From sequence record OK018184: a stretch of DNA of 64,000 bases, one strand, 5' to 3'. The notes beneath the pieces were generated by a model. That model ran no database searches. It was not told where the DNA came from and saw only the letters and a list, made by a program, of their open reading frames with translations. Source of the stretch: Shigella phage CT01. Numbering within the stretch: the first letter of the stretch is position 1; the number at the start of each line of letters is the position of its first letter. Below, in pieces: positions 44,247 to 53,709 of the stretch. A program made the translations under genes and the position numbers.

Positions 44247-45570
44247 TTTGTTGGAATAGCAATTTCACAACACAAGTTACTCTGGCGAATAGGCGCCTTT
44301 TCACGAATAAACGGAGTATAGTTATTCGTATTATCAATGAACTGCACATAAATCCTTGCTGTTCCTGATCGTTCAGTCATGAGTAATTCAAATAGTTCAC
44401 GGGCTTTAATACGCTTTTTGCGAATATTAGGGTCTTTTTCTGCTGCTTCGTATAATTCGCAGAAACGGTCTTGGTCTTTAAAATAAGAATAATAAAGCTC
44501 ACCACCCATTTCATGCGGACTGAACAAAGTAATGTAATCGTTCTTTCCAAAACGTTCCATCATCAAATCATTCAACTGGACGCCATAATCCATATGACGG
44601 ATACGGTTTTCTTCTACACCTTTGTTATTTTTCAAAACGAGAAGATTTTCAACTTCCAAATGCCAAATAGGATAATAAGCAGTAGCAGCGCCGCCACGAA
44701 TTCCGCCCTGTGAACATGATTTAACAGCAGTCTGAAAATGTTTCCAAAAAGGAATAACACCAGTATGGCGTACTTCACCTGTGCCAATCTTAGAACCTTC
44801 GGCACGAATCATACCAACGTTAATACCGATTCCAGCTCGTTTTGAAATATACTCAACAATTGAAGCAGAAGCCTTATTGATAGACTTCAGCGAATCGCCT
44901 GCCTCAATAACAACGCATGAACTAAATTGCCGAGTCGGAGTACGACATCCAGCCATAATAGGAGTAGGCAGTGAAATCTGTCGAGTAGATACTGCTTCAT
45001 AAAAACGAATAACATGTTTTAATCTATCAACAGGTTCATCTTGATGTAATGCCATTCCAATAGTCATAAATGCAAACTGAGGAGTTTCATAAATTTGACC
45101 AGTGGTTTTATCTTTAACGAGATATTTTTCTTTTAATTGCATCGCCCCGGAATAAGTAAATTCCATATCCCGCTCATGCTTAATTTTTGATTCTAAAAAT
45201 GTAATTTCTTCTGCTGAATATTTTGACAACAATTCAGGGTCGTATTTACCTTCATTTACACAGTAAGAAATATGGTCAATAAATGAACGTGGTTCATATT
45301 GCCCGTAAACATGCTTACGAAGAGCAAACATTAAACACCGTGCAGCTACGTATTGATAATCAGGCTCTTCAACTGAAATAGAATTCGCAGCAGCCTTAAT
45401 TACAATGGTTTGAATGTCATCAGTGGTCATTCCATCACGGAGATATGATTTAATATTTTCATATAATTCATAAGGATCTACAGATGTTCCTTCAGCTGCC
45501 CAAGATAAAACTTTAATAATTTTTTGCGGGTCAAAGCTTTGAGAAACACCACTACTTTTGATAACATTAA

Positions 45571-45897
45571 TTAATTGCATAAGTCCTCAACTTGAAAATC
45601 GTCTTTAAACAATCGGTTAACTATATGAGCTATTATATCACCATGACACGGCTTTGGTTTACATGTGCATCCTAGCCTCATTCCACGTAAAGGCTCTAAA
45701 TGTGCTTTAGTTATTTCTCCGGATTTAATTCGACGTATAAAATCTTTTTTGAATAATTCAATGGCAGCCTCCCGGCTGCCAGCATCTTTACCGACGTAAT
45801 TTCCCCAAAATGTACCACGGTGAATATTAACATCAAAGTCGGATTTATATTTATTCACTACTTGGCATAGACGGCCCGCGCGGTGATAATTTGTCAT
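45571..45897 (-). CDS. Hypothetical protein upstream of nrdA
   Basis: 108 aa ORF; [11 protein letters not shown] cysteine motif. Confidence 0.55.
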   Translation of the reverse strand: MTNYHRAGRLCQVVNKYKSDFDVNIHRGTFWGNYVGKDAGSREAAIELFKKDFIRRIKSGEITKAHLEPLRGMRLGCTCKPKPCHGDIIAHIVNRLFKDDFQVEDLCN

Positions 45898-46114
45898 ATT
45901 GTTTTTCCGTTAAAACAGTAATATCATAATAACAATCTGAAGAAGTTTTAACCGTAGAAATTTTATTATCAAAATACTCACGAGTCATTTTATGAGTATA
46001 ATATTTTTTGCCATAAATTATAATAGGCTGATTTGGTCCTGGAACTTCTAACTCGCTTGGGTTAGGAAGTGTAAAAAGAACTACACCAGAAGTATCTTTA
46101 AATCGTAAAATCAT
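45851..46114 (-). CDS. Hypothetical protein upstream of nrdA
   Basis: 87 aa ORF. Confidence 0.5.
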   Translation of the reverse strand: MILRFKDTSGVVLFTLPNPSELEVPGPNQPIIIYGKKYYTHKMTREYFDNKISTVKTSSDCYYDITVLTEKQYDKLSPRGPSMPSSE

Positions 46115-46137
46115 ATATCCTCACAATTAATAATTAA

Positions 46138-46998
46138 TTACACCGCCATTTTTCCTTTAATAGGAGGGTGAGATACATAGTTGTTAAGAACAAAATTATG
46201 CGGCTTTGCGAATTGACTCAACCAAAATACCTGTGATTCTGTGTCCCATTCATCAAATTCATCTGGAAATTTTAATTGTAATTCGCATAAATCCATAGGT
46301 TCACGACGCAAAATTTCTTTACATTGTTCTACGTGATTCATATAGATATGAGTATTACCACCAGAAAATATCAAATCTCCTGGAATAAGATTACACATCT
46401 TAGCTACAATATGAACTAATGCAGCATATGATGCAATGTTGAATGGCAAGCCCAAGAACACGTCAACACTTCTTTGATACCACTGCAAATCCAAATAGCC
46501 ATTACGCACATTAAACTGATAGAACATATGACAAGGCGGTAATGCCATTTGCTTGAGTTCAGCTGGATTCCATGCTGAAACAATTTGACGTCTATCATTT
46601 GGCAGTTTTTTAATACGATCAACAACTTCTATAATTTGGTCTACACCGCCAAAATCACGCCATTGTTTTCCATAAATTGGACCAAGTTCACCGCTATGAT
46701 ATCCTAAATCTTTTGCTTGATTTTCGTAATTTTCATCCCAGACTGTTTTGCCTTGAATTAATGAATCATGCTGAATTAATCGTAAATCATTTACGTTAGT
46801 ACTTCCTGATAAAAACCATATTAGCTCAGCAATGCAAGCTTTCCAGGCGAGCTTCTTAGTTGTTACTGCAGGAAAACCTTTACTTAAATCCCAGCGTAAT
46901 TTAGTACCGAACAGAGCAATTGTTCCTGTGCCTGTTCGGTCATCAGTTTCATAGCCATTTTCAAAAATGTCTTTAATTAAATCTTGGTATTGTTTCAT
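46138..46998 (-). CDS. td: Thymidylate synthase (uninterrupted, no group I intron)
   Basis: 286 aa continuous ORF with ThyA motifs (LPPCH, active-site Cys); T4 Td is 286 aa but is intron-split in T4. Confidence 0.93.
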   Translation of the reverse strand: MKQYQDLIKDIFENGYETDDRTGTGTIALFGTKLRWDLSKGFPAVTTKKLAWKACIAELIWFLSGSTNVNDLRLIQHDSLIQGKTVWDENYENQAKDLGYHSGELGPIYGKQWRDFGGVDQIIEVVDRIKKLPNDRRQIVSAWNPAELKQMALPPCHMFYQFNVRNGYLDLQWYQRSVDVFLGLPFNIASYAALVHIVAKMCNLIPGDLIFSGGNTHIYMNHVEQCKEILRREPMDLCELQLKFPDEFDEWDTESQVFWLSQFAKPHNFVLNNYVSHPPIKGKMAV

Positions 46999-47043
46999 TT
47001 AGTACCTTATATAAATTATAATACATTTTATGAAGCTAAATAA

Positions 47044-47403
47044 TCAATACGGTTTAGCGTCAAATTTTCTTTCAATTTCAGGCGTAAAATATAATTCTTT
47101 ACCACGCTTGGAAAAGCGACCAATAATATGATAATTATTCTCATCAAACGTGATATTGCCAATATCCATAGCTTTCAACCAAATATCGATATTTCTGTCA
47201 AGCTTTATATCAAAATTCCAATACGGAGAACTATTACCGAAAATACTGCAAGCGGATTCAGTGAAACAACTACTATAAATCTTGTCTTTAGGAACTACTA
47301 ATTGATAGACGCCTTTAATAAACTGAGGACCCTGCCATTTTGGCTGTTTCGCGTCTTTTTCTAATAGAATAGGGTAATAATTAAAGCTCATATTTTCCGC
47401 CAC
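47044..47403 (-). CDS. Hypothetical protein inserted between frd and td
   Basis: 119 aa ORF; no counterpart recalled at this position in T4, where frd and td overlap. Confidence 0.5.
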   Translation of the reverse strand: MAENMSFNYYPILLEKDAKQPKWQGPQFIKGVYQLVVPKDKIYSSCFTESACSIFGNSSPYWNFDIKLDRNIDIWLKAMDIGNITFDENNYHIIGRFSKRGKELYFTPEIERKFDAKPY

Positions 47404-47411
47404 GTGTTATT

Positions 47412-48238
<827 letters not shown>

Positions 48239-48246
48239 ATTATCTC

Positions 48247-48582
48247 CTAATATAAAGGATCGGGAACATATCCACTAGCTTTAATCATTTTGATTAATGT
48301 TAACATTCCTTTATTAACTGCTCGTGAGATTTCATCAAAAACTTCATCACTAAAAAGTTCTAACACGCCCTTCTGAACTTTTAATTTACACCCAATAATT
48401 TCGTCATCGCCTATAGTAAATTCGTTTCCGCCAATTCCACCGAAAAACTTAATTGCACCAGTCAACTGTCTTCCACGAGAATATGGGTCGTGTGATAAAG
48501 TAATATGAGTCACCCCAGGTACAGTTTTAAATTGACAGCGGATGTTTACTTGGGCAATTCCAGTTACGTGAATGTCAGACAT
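48247..48582 (-). CDS. Hypothetical protein (frd.x region)
   Basis: 111 aa ORF. Confidence 0.55.
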   Translation of the reverse strand: MSDIHVTGIAQVNIRCQFKTVPGVTHITLSHDPYSRGRQLTGAIKFFGGIGGNEFTIGDDEIIGCKLKVQKGVLELFSDEVFDEISRAVNKGMLTLIKMIKASGYVPDPLY

Positions 48583-48606
48583 AATATTTTCCTCAAACAG
48601 ACTTTT

Positions 48607-49029
48607 TCACAATTTTCCAATCAGCTTTAAACTGTTCAACGTCAGAATGATAAATCCAGAATCCTGCGCTTTCTCCATCCTCATAAAGAGGGCATCCATC
48701 GCATTCATCTTCCCATCCCATATCACGTAAAAGATGTTCGGCTTTTTCAACGAGATCAGAATCTTTACCGATGATATTAAAATACCATTTACCTCTAACT
48801 TCTGAATCTTTTCTTTAGTAGCCTTTTCCATACTTCTGAACTTAACCAATAGAGGATAGGTATCGACACCCATAACTAAACTGGTTACAAGACTGTGTTC
48901 ACCCACAAGCCATAACGAATACGTTTGAATATCGAGTCCGTAATTTCTGTCTTTATGGACCCGTACACCCATCACTTCAAATTTCTCACTAGCTTTTTCT
49001 ACCGCATCCAGGAAATCATCTTTAGTCAT
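48607..49029 (-). CDS. Hypothetical protein (frd.x region); may be two shorter ORFs
   Basis: ORF track 154 aa; likelier start at internal ATG (MTKDDF...); C-terminal half has odd composition. Confidence 0.4.
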   Translation of the reverse strand: MTKDDFLDAVEKASEKFEVMGVRVHKDRNYGLDIQTYSLWLVGEHSLVTSLVMGVDTYPLLVKFRSMEKATKEKIQKLEVNGILISSVKILISLKKPNIFYVIWDGKMNAMDALFMRMEKAQDSGFIILTLNSLKLIGKL

Positions 49030-49030
49030 A

Positions 49031-49432
49031 TTAGGCCTTAAAAGTTTTTCGCAAAAGTTCAATGATTTCATCTACATTGTTTTCGTCTACAATGCAGTGA
49101 ATTTTTGTTACGCCAGAAATCTTGTCTTCGACTTCATCTTCTTCAGAAGTCGGTTCTTTATACTCGCGGAAACAATAAAACTCTTCTTCACTAAGTTCAA
49201 AATAATCATCACCTATGCCATCATTATAATAGATTTCGCCATTAGCACAAATGATTTCGGTTACATAATCAAAGCCATCTAAACTTGATATTGATTTAAC
49301 TTCAAACCAACCGCCATTTTCTTGAATGATGCTGACCATATTAGCATTTGATGAACTAATATCAATGAAAGATTTAATACGGTGTGGATTTAACTCATAT
49401 TTTTTGCCGATTTCCATTTTGATTTTCCTCAT
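49031..49432 (-). CDS. Hypothetical protein
   Basis: 133 aa ORF. Confidence 0.55.
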   Translation of the reverse strand: MRKIKMEIGKKYELNPHRIKSFIDISSSNANMVSIIQENGGWFEVKSISSLDGFDYVTEIICANGEIYYNDGIGDDYFELSEEEFYCFREYKEPTSEEDEVEDKISGVTKIHCIVDENNVDEIIELLRKTFKA

Positions 49433-49462
49433 TTTAACGGGACTGTAATAGCCCCTTGATAA

Positions 49463-49711
49463 TTATTGTTCAATCAGTCCCATATAAAATTCTGCGTCTT
49501 CAGCATCCATGCCATCGCAATATTCATTAGCCATAAAGCGGGTGAGGTCTTCAAGAGGACCTTCAATAACGATTTGAATACTCCAAAACTTAGAATCTTG
49601 TACTCTTGTGATACTAAGTTCAGGATAACGATTACGAATAATTTCTTCAATATATTCAAAATCAACGATGTCAATATCAACTTTAGCCATATTATTTTCC
49701 TCTTTAATCAT
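49463..49711 (-). CDS. Hypothetical protein downstream of gene 32
   Basis: 82 aa ORF. Confidence 0.55.
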   Translation of the reverse strand: MIKEENNMAKVDIDIVDFEYIEEIIRNRYPELSITRVQDSKFWSIQIVIEGPLEDLTRFMANEYCDGMDAEDAEFYMGLIEQ

Positions 49712-49793
49712 CAGCAGTATTGCCGATAGTTGTATAGTACCATAGAAGAACAGAGATGTAAACAGTTTTGTGAAAAATTTTTGAAATAAAAAA

Positions 49794-49812
49794 GGGGACC
49801 TCTAGGGTCCCC
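49794..49812 (-). terminator. Rho-independent terminator downstream of gene 32
   Basis: GGGGACC-TCTA-GGGTCCCC hairpin followed by T-run on minus strand. Confidence 0.65.
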
Positions 49813-49834
49813 AATTAATTAGTAATATAATCTA

Positions 49835-50743
49835 TTAAAGGTCATTCAAAAGGTCATCCAGATCCGTGTCATCAGCACTAGATGAACTGCCAGAGCTTGA
49901 GCTCATAAAATCATCTTCAGTTTTTGTTTTGAAGTCATCAACATTGAATGCATCCAAATCATCAGCAACTTTATCAGCTTTCTTAGCGGCAGTTGCTGCG
50001 GCACCGCCCATAGCAGCAGTTCCCATAACTTGACTGAACTTAGTGCTCAGTTCTTCAAACGATTTGAATTTATCTTTAGAAGTCATTTCAGAAAGGTCAA
50101 CCATTTGTTCGAACAGTTCTTTCTGGAAAGATTCATCATCAATGTTTGGAATCGCAGATTGATTCAGGAATTTAGATTCATCGTAGTTACTAAAACCAGA
50201 AACTTGTTTAACTTTCAGTACAAAGTTAGCACCTTCCCACGGACAAGTTACATCAACCGGAGTTTCACCCATTTCAACATCAACTGCAATCATTGCATTG
50301 ATTTTATCCCAGATTTTCTTACCAAAACGGTATTTAAATACTTTACCTTCATTTTCTGGAGCAGCTGGGTCTTTTACTACAAGAATGTTAGCCCAGTAAG
50401 AAGTTTTACGTTTAACAAGACCGTACTCTTTATTGTCAGTGTTATACAAATCATTTTTACTGATGTACTGACATACTGGACAAGAATCGTAATCACCGTG
50501 GGTAGATGAACAGTTTTCAATATACCATTTACCATTTTTCTTGAAACCGTGATTTACAAGAATTGCGAATGGTGCTTGTTCATCATTTTTAGACGGAAGA
50601 AAACGAATTACTGCTTGACCGTTACCCGCATTATCGAGTTTCAGTTTCCACTCGCCTTTATCTTCAGAAGAAAAACTACCTTTATTTCCAGCCAGTTTAG
50701 CCATTTGTGCAGCGAGTTCAGCAGTAGATTTACGTTTAAACAT
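49835..50743 (-). CDS. 32: Single-stranded DNA-binding protein gp32
   Basis: 302 aa; matches recalled T4 gp32 ([17 protein letters not shown]..., C-terminal acidic serine-rich tail). Confidence 0.95.
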   Translation of the reverse strand: MFKRKSTAELAAQMAKLAGNKGSFSSEDKGEWKLKLDNAGNGQAVIRFLPSKNDEQAPFAILVNHGFKKNGKWYIENCSSTHGDYDSCPVCQYISKNDLYNTDNKEYGLVKRKTSYWANILVVKDPAAPENEGKVFKYRFGKKIWDKINAMIAVDVEMGETPVDVTCPWEGANFVLKVKQVSGFSNYDESKFLNQSAIPNIDDESFQKELFEQMVDLSEMTSKDKFKSFEELSTKFSQVMGTAAMGGAAATAAKKADKVADDLDAFNVDDFKTKTEDDFMSSSSGSSSSADDTDLDDLLNDL

Positions 50744-50990
50744 TTTTATTTCCTTTTTAATTTAATTAACAGTTGGTGCTATGACGATGTATGACCTCAT
50801 AGCTGGTCAGTGAGATAATTATAATCTATTTATAATAAGCAATTAATACTTACAAGATTTCACAGTTTCAATGAAAACACTTTTGGCTTTCTGTGAATCA
50901 ATATTTAAAATTTTTCTATAAGCCTTTAACTTTATAGAATAATTATTCCAGACTAAATTATCAGTCTGTTCATCATGTTTATCAATTATA
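50453..50990. repeat. 538-bp direct repeat, copy 1 (gene 32 first 97 codons + gene 32 leader + last 49 codons of gene 59)
   Basis: Identical to 51054-51591. Confidence 0.9.
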
Positions 50991-51344
50991 ATTCGAACTG
51001 ATCTGTGTTTGTGCATTTGGGCATATGTTTGCGCGCGTAAAGCAGGCTGGTCGATTTTTACTGATGTACTGACATACTGGACAAGAATCGTAATCACCGT
51101 GGGTAGATGAACAGTTTTCAATATACCATTTACCATTTTTCTTGAAACCGTGATTTACAAGAATTGCGAATGGTGCTTGTTCATCATTTTTAGACGGAAG
51201 AAAACGAATTACTGCTTGACCGTTACCCGCATTATCGAGTTTCAGTTTCCACTCGCCTTTATCTTCAGAAGAAAAACTACCTTTATTTCCAGCCAGTTTA
51301 GCCATTTGTGCAGCGAGTTCAGCAGTAGATTTACGTTTAAACAT
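50982..51344 (-). pseudogene. Truncated duplicate of gene 32 5' end (97 gp32 codons fused to 23 junction codons)
   Basis: 120 aa ORF identical to gp32 through ...VCQYISKN, then diverges in the 63-bp filler; carries a second copy of the gene 32 leader. Confidence 0.75.
50991..51053. other. 63-bp junction filler of unknown origin between the two repeat copies
   Basis: Does not match flanking phage sequence; higher GC than its surroundings. Confidence 0.7.
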
Positions 51345-51591
51345 TTTTATTTCCTTTTTAATTTAATTAACAGTTGGTGCTATGACGATGTATGACCTCA
51401 TAGCTGGTCAGTGAGATAATTATAATCTATTTATAATAAGCAATTAATACTTACAAGATTTCACAGTTTCAATGAAAACACTTTTGGCTTTCTGTGAATC
51501 AATATTTAAAATTTTTCTATAAGCCTTTAACTTTATAGAATAATTATTCCAGACTAAATTATCAGTCTGTTCATCATGTTTATCAATTATA
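51054..51591. repeat. 538-bp direct repeat, copy 2
   Basis: Identical to 50453-50990. Confidence 0.9.
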
Positions 51592-52097
51592 TTTAAAAAC
51601 GAATCAAGCAAGATAAACGTCTCAAACGAAATTATATTCGATTGAAGTAGTTTAAAAATATAACTTGATTGAACTTTTGGATTATACTCAAAGATTTCTT
51701 TAAAAGCAGAAACTTCAACTTTTTTACTAAAATAGTAAATATTGCGAATATCTTCTTCAAACTTAAATTTAATTTGCTTTAAGCGTCCGATATATTCACG
51801 ATAAAACACAAGTGCATCAGCGTCAGAGATGTCACCAATCCAAGCATCTTGGTTAGCAACAAGATTGCTTATAAAGATTAAAGCAAGTTCCTTTAATTTA
51901 TATTTTTCTGATAACTTCTGGAAAAAATACTTATCCCTTCGCTTTTGATAAGCGGCATCAGACACCCGCATGCACCAATTATACTTAATTACATCATACT
52001 TTCCATTCATATGTTGTTTTATCATTAAGTATAATTTATAAACTGATTTACCATCAATATATCTTTCACCACCAGCAGGCATGCGGAGTTTAATCAT
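51444..52097 (-). CDS. 59: Helicase loader gp59
   Basis: 217 aa, T4 gp59 length and sequence. Confidence 0.92.
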   Translation of the reverse strand: MIKLRMPAGGERYIDGKSVYKLYLMIKQHMNGKYDVIKYNWCMRVSDAAYQKRRDKYFFQKLSEKYKLKELALIFISNLVANQDAWIGDISDADALVFYREYIGRLKQIKFKFEEDIRNIYYFSKKVEVSAFKEIFEYNPKVQSSYIFKLLQSNIISFETFILLDSFLNIIDKHDEQTDNLVWNNYSIKLKAYRKILNIDSQKAKSVFIETVKSCKY

Positions 52098-52432
52098 AGT
52101 AGAAAATCTAAGGTATTAGTTTTTTCACAACGAACAACAGAAGGACGTAAAAGATTTTCGTCAATAGCTTCTGACTGAATTTTTTCAATTATACCCGAAG
52201 GAATAAATTTAGCAAATTGAGTTTCAGGAATAGAATTTTCTTCCAAGAATGCTGTTGTAGCTTCAAGATAACTCATTCCAAACTCTTCTACCATTTTTTC
52301 GATAATAAATCCATTTTCTTGGCGGTCAAGAAGCTTTGCTATTTCATCCTTTTCTTTCTTAATTGAAAGTTCTTTTTCTGAAAGACCGGTCTCATCGACC
52401 GGACGAATATCATTTAGAGAAAACTGTGTCAT
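52094..52432 (-). CDS. 33: Late transcription co-activator gp33
   Basis: 112 aa from ATG at 52432 (MTQFSLNDIRP...), T4 gp33 length. Confidence 0.88.
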   Translation of the reverse strand: MTQFSLNDIRPVDETGLSEKELSIKKEKDEIAKLLDRQENGFIIEKMVEEFGMSYLEATTAFLEENSIPETQFAKFIPSGIIEKIQSEAIDENLLRPSVVRCEKTNTLDFLL

Positions 52433-52679
52433 AAAGTTCAACTACCTCTTCAGTTTCAGCTTCAAACACATCACGGTTATCTTTATGATACAAAGCTAAA
52501 AGACGATTAAACATCTTACCATCAACGCCAAGTTCATCTTTGGCGCGAATTCGAATATCTTTAATCAATTCATTATAACCAGAAATTTTCAGTTTATGAT
52601 CAGATGCTTCTTTGATAAATTTAGCTAAGTCTTCGCCATGGATAGCTTCATCAAATTCAACCATTTCTTTTTTAGCCAT
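52410..52679 (-). CDS. dsbA: DsbA, dsDNA-binding late transcription enhancer
   Basis: 89 aa, T4 DsbA length; synteny. Confidence 0.85.
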   Translation of the reverse strand: MAKKEMVEFDEAIHGEDLAKFIKEASDHKLKISGYNELIKDIRIRAKDELGVDGKMFNRLLALYHKDNRDVFEAETEEVVELYDTVFSK

Positions 52680-52687
52680 TATTCACC

Positions 52688-53605
52688 TCAAAATTCATTA
52701 ATGCTATTAGTTAATTTAGAAAGACCCGCTTTTACAAAATATGAATAAATTTTGCCACGCGGTGGTAATTTATATGAATTATAGTAATTCACAATGTTTG
52801 AAGCAATATTATCAGGAATATAATCAAAATCAATTAGAACTAAATTTTCTTTATATCGATTATATTCAGATTCAGTGAGAAGCACCTTAGCTTGCTCACG
52901 GTCATTAGCAATAGCTTCAACAACAGATGTTTTCATTGAAGGAGTTCGTTCACCTTCAACTCTGGTAAACCAAAAGTCAGATCGTACTTTAACTGAAGCA
53001 ACGTTATCCTTTTTATCACCCTTAAGAATTTTAGTCATACAGTCAATTTCAGCAGAACCGCTTTTAATTTTAACCCATTTCTTGTGCATCGGTGACCATT
53101 GCTTAACATTTGGGTATTTGTGAAGTTGCGTAAAGTCACCATCCGATGAAATGATTAAAATCTTGTGTCCTTCTAAAGAGAACTTTTTAACAAGAACAGC
53201 GATATGATCATCTGCTTCATACTTATCAATATCCATAACGATGTATGGCATATAAGCTTTCAATTCATCTATAACTTTATGGCTGGATTCAAAATAACCT
53301 TCCCAGTCCCAAGTAGATTCTTCTCGTGCTTTTCCGCGGTTTTTCTTATAATAATAAGCAAAATCACGACGCCAGTATCCGGATTTTGCGTTATCGATAC
53401 ACAGTACAATTTTAGTGTATCCAAGAGTTTTTGCTTTTTTGACATTAAACTTAATTGAGTTCAATATCAAATGACGAACCATTGATAAGTTAATTTTTTC
53501 TTTATCTGGAAAGTTTACTAGAGCAGTTGAAAGCGCAATTTGACTAAAGTCAATTAAGCAAATTCCTTCTTTGTAATCTTCATCCAGCATCATTTCTAAA
53601 TCCAT
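52688..53605 (-). CDS. rnh: RNase H (5'-3' exonuclease, FEN family)
   Basis: 305 aa from ATG at 53605 (MDLEMMLDEDYKEG...), T4 RNase H length. Confidence 0.92.
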   Translation of the reverse strand: MDLEMMLDEDYKEGICLIDFSQIALSTALVNFPDKEKINLSMVRHLILNSIKFNVKKAKTLGYTKIVLCIDNAKSGYWRRDFAYYYKKNRGKAREESTWDWEGYFESSHKVIDELKAYMPYIVMDIDKYEADDHIAVLVKKFSLEGHKILIISSDGDFTQLHKYPNVKQWSPMHKKWVKIKSGSAEIDCMTKILKGDKKDNVASVKVRSDFWFTRVEGERTPSMKTSVVEAIANDREQAKVLLTESEYNRYKENLVLIDFDYIPDNIASNIVNYYNSYKLPPRGKIYSYFVKAGLSKLTNSINEF

Positions 53606-53667
53606 ATGAACCTCGTTCAATTAGTGAGATTTCTATTATATACTATCCAAATCTTAAAGTAAACAAG

Positions 53668-53675
53668 TATAAATA
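53668..53675 (+). promoter_or_regulatory. Late promoter (TATAAATA) for gene 34
   Basis: Exact TATAAATA about 35 nt upstream of gene 34 ATG. Confidence 0.6.
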
Positions 53676-53709
53676 CTTATTATTGAAAACACAATAGGAG
53701 CCCGGGAGA

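Larger units (their letters stand above)
42309..45580 (-). pseudogene. nrdA: Ribonucleotide reductase large subunit NrdA, disrupted by a 1007-bp insertion
   Basis: N-terminal 494 codons (45580-44099) and C-terminal 260 codons (43092-42309) sum to the T4 NrdA length of 754; separated by non-nrdA sequence with a 148-bp duplication. Confidence 0.85.

Noticed and set aside
46138-46998. Group I intron and homing endonuclease ORF in td, and likewise in nrdB
   Set aside because: Looked for because T4 has them; both genes are continuous here. The only endonuclease-like sequence is the short HNH remnant between nrdA and nrdB.
50030-50509. 159-aa plus-strand ORF
   Set aside because: Antisense to gene 32; spurious.
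50843-51136. 97-aa minus-strand ORF spanning the duplication junction
   Set aside because: Chimeric reading frame (out-of-frame gene 32 sequence, then filler, then the gene 59 C-terminal frame) created by the duplication; unlikely to be a genuine gene.
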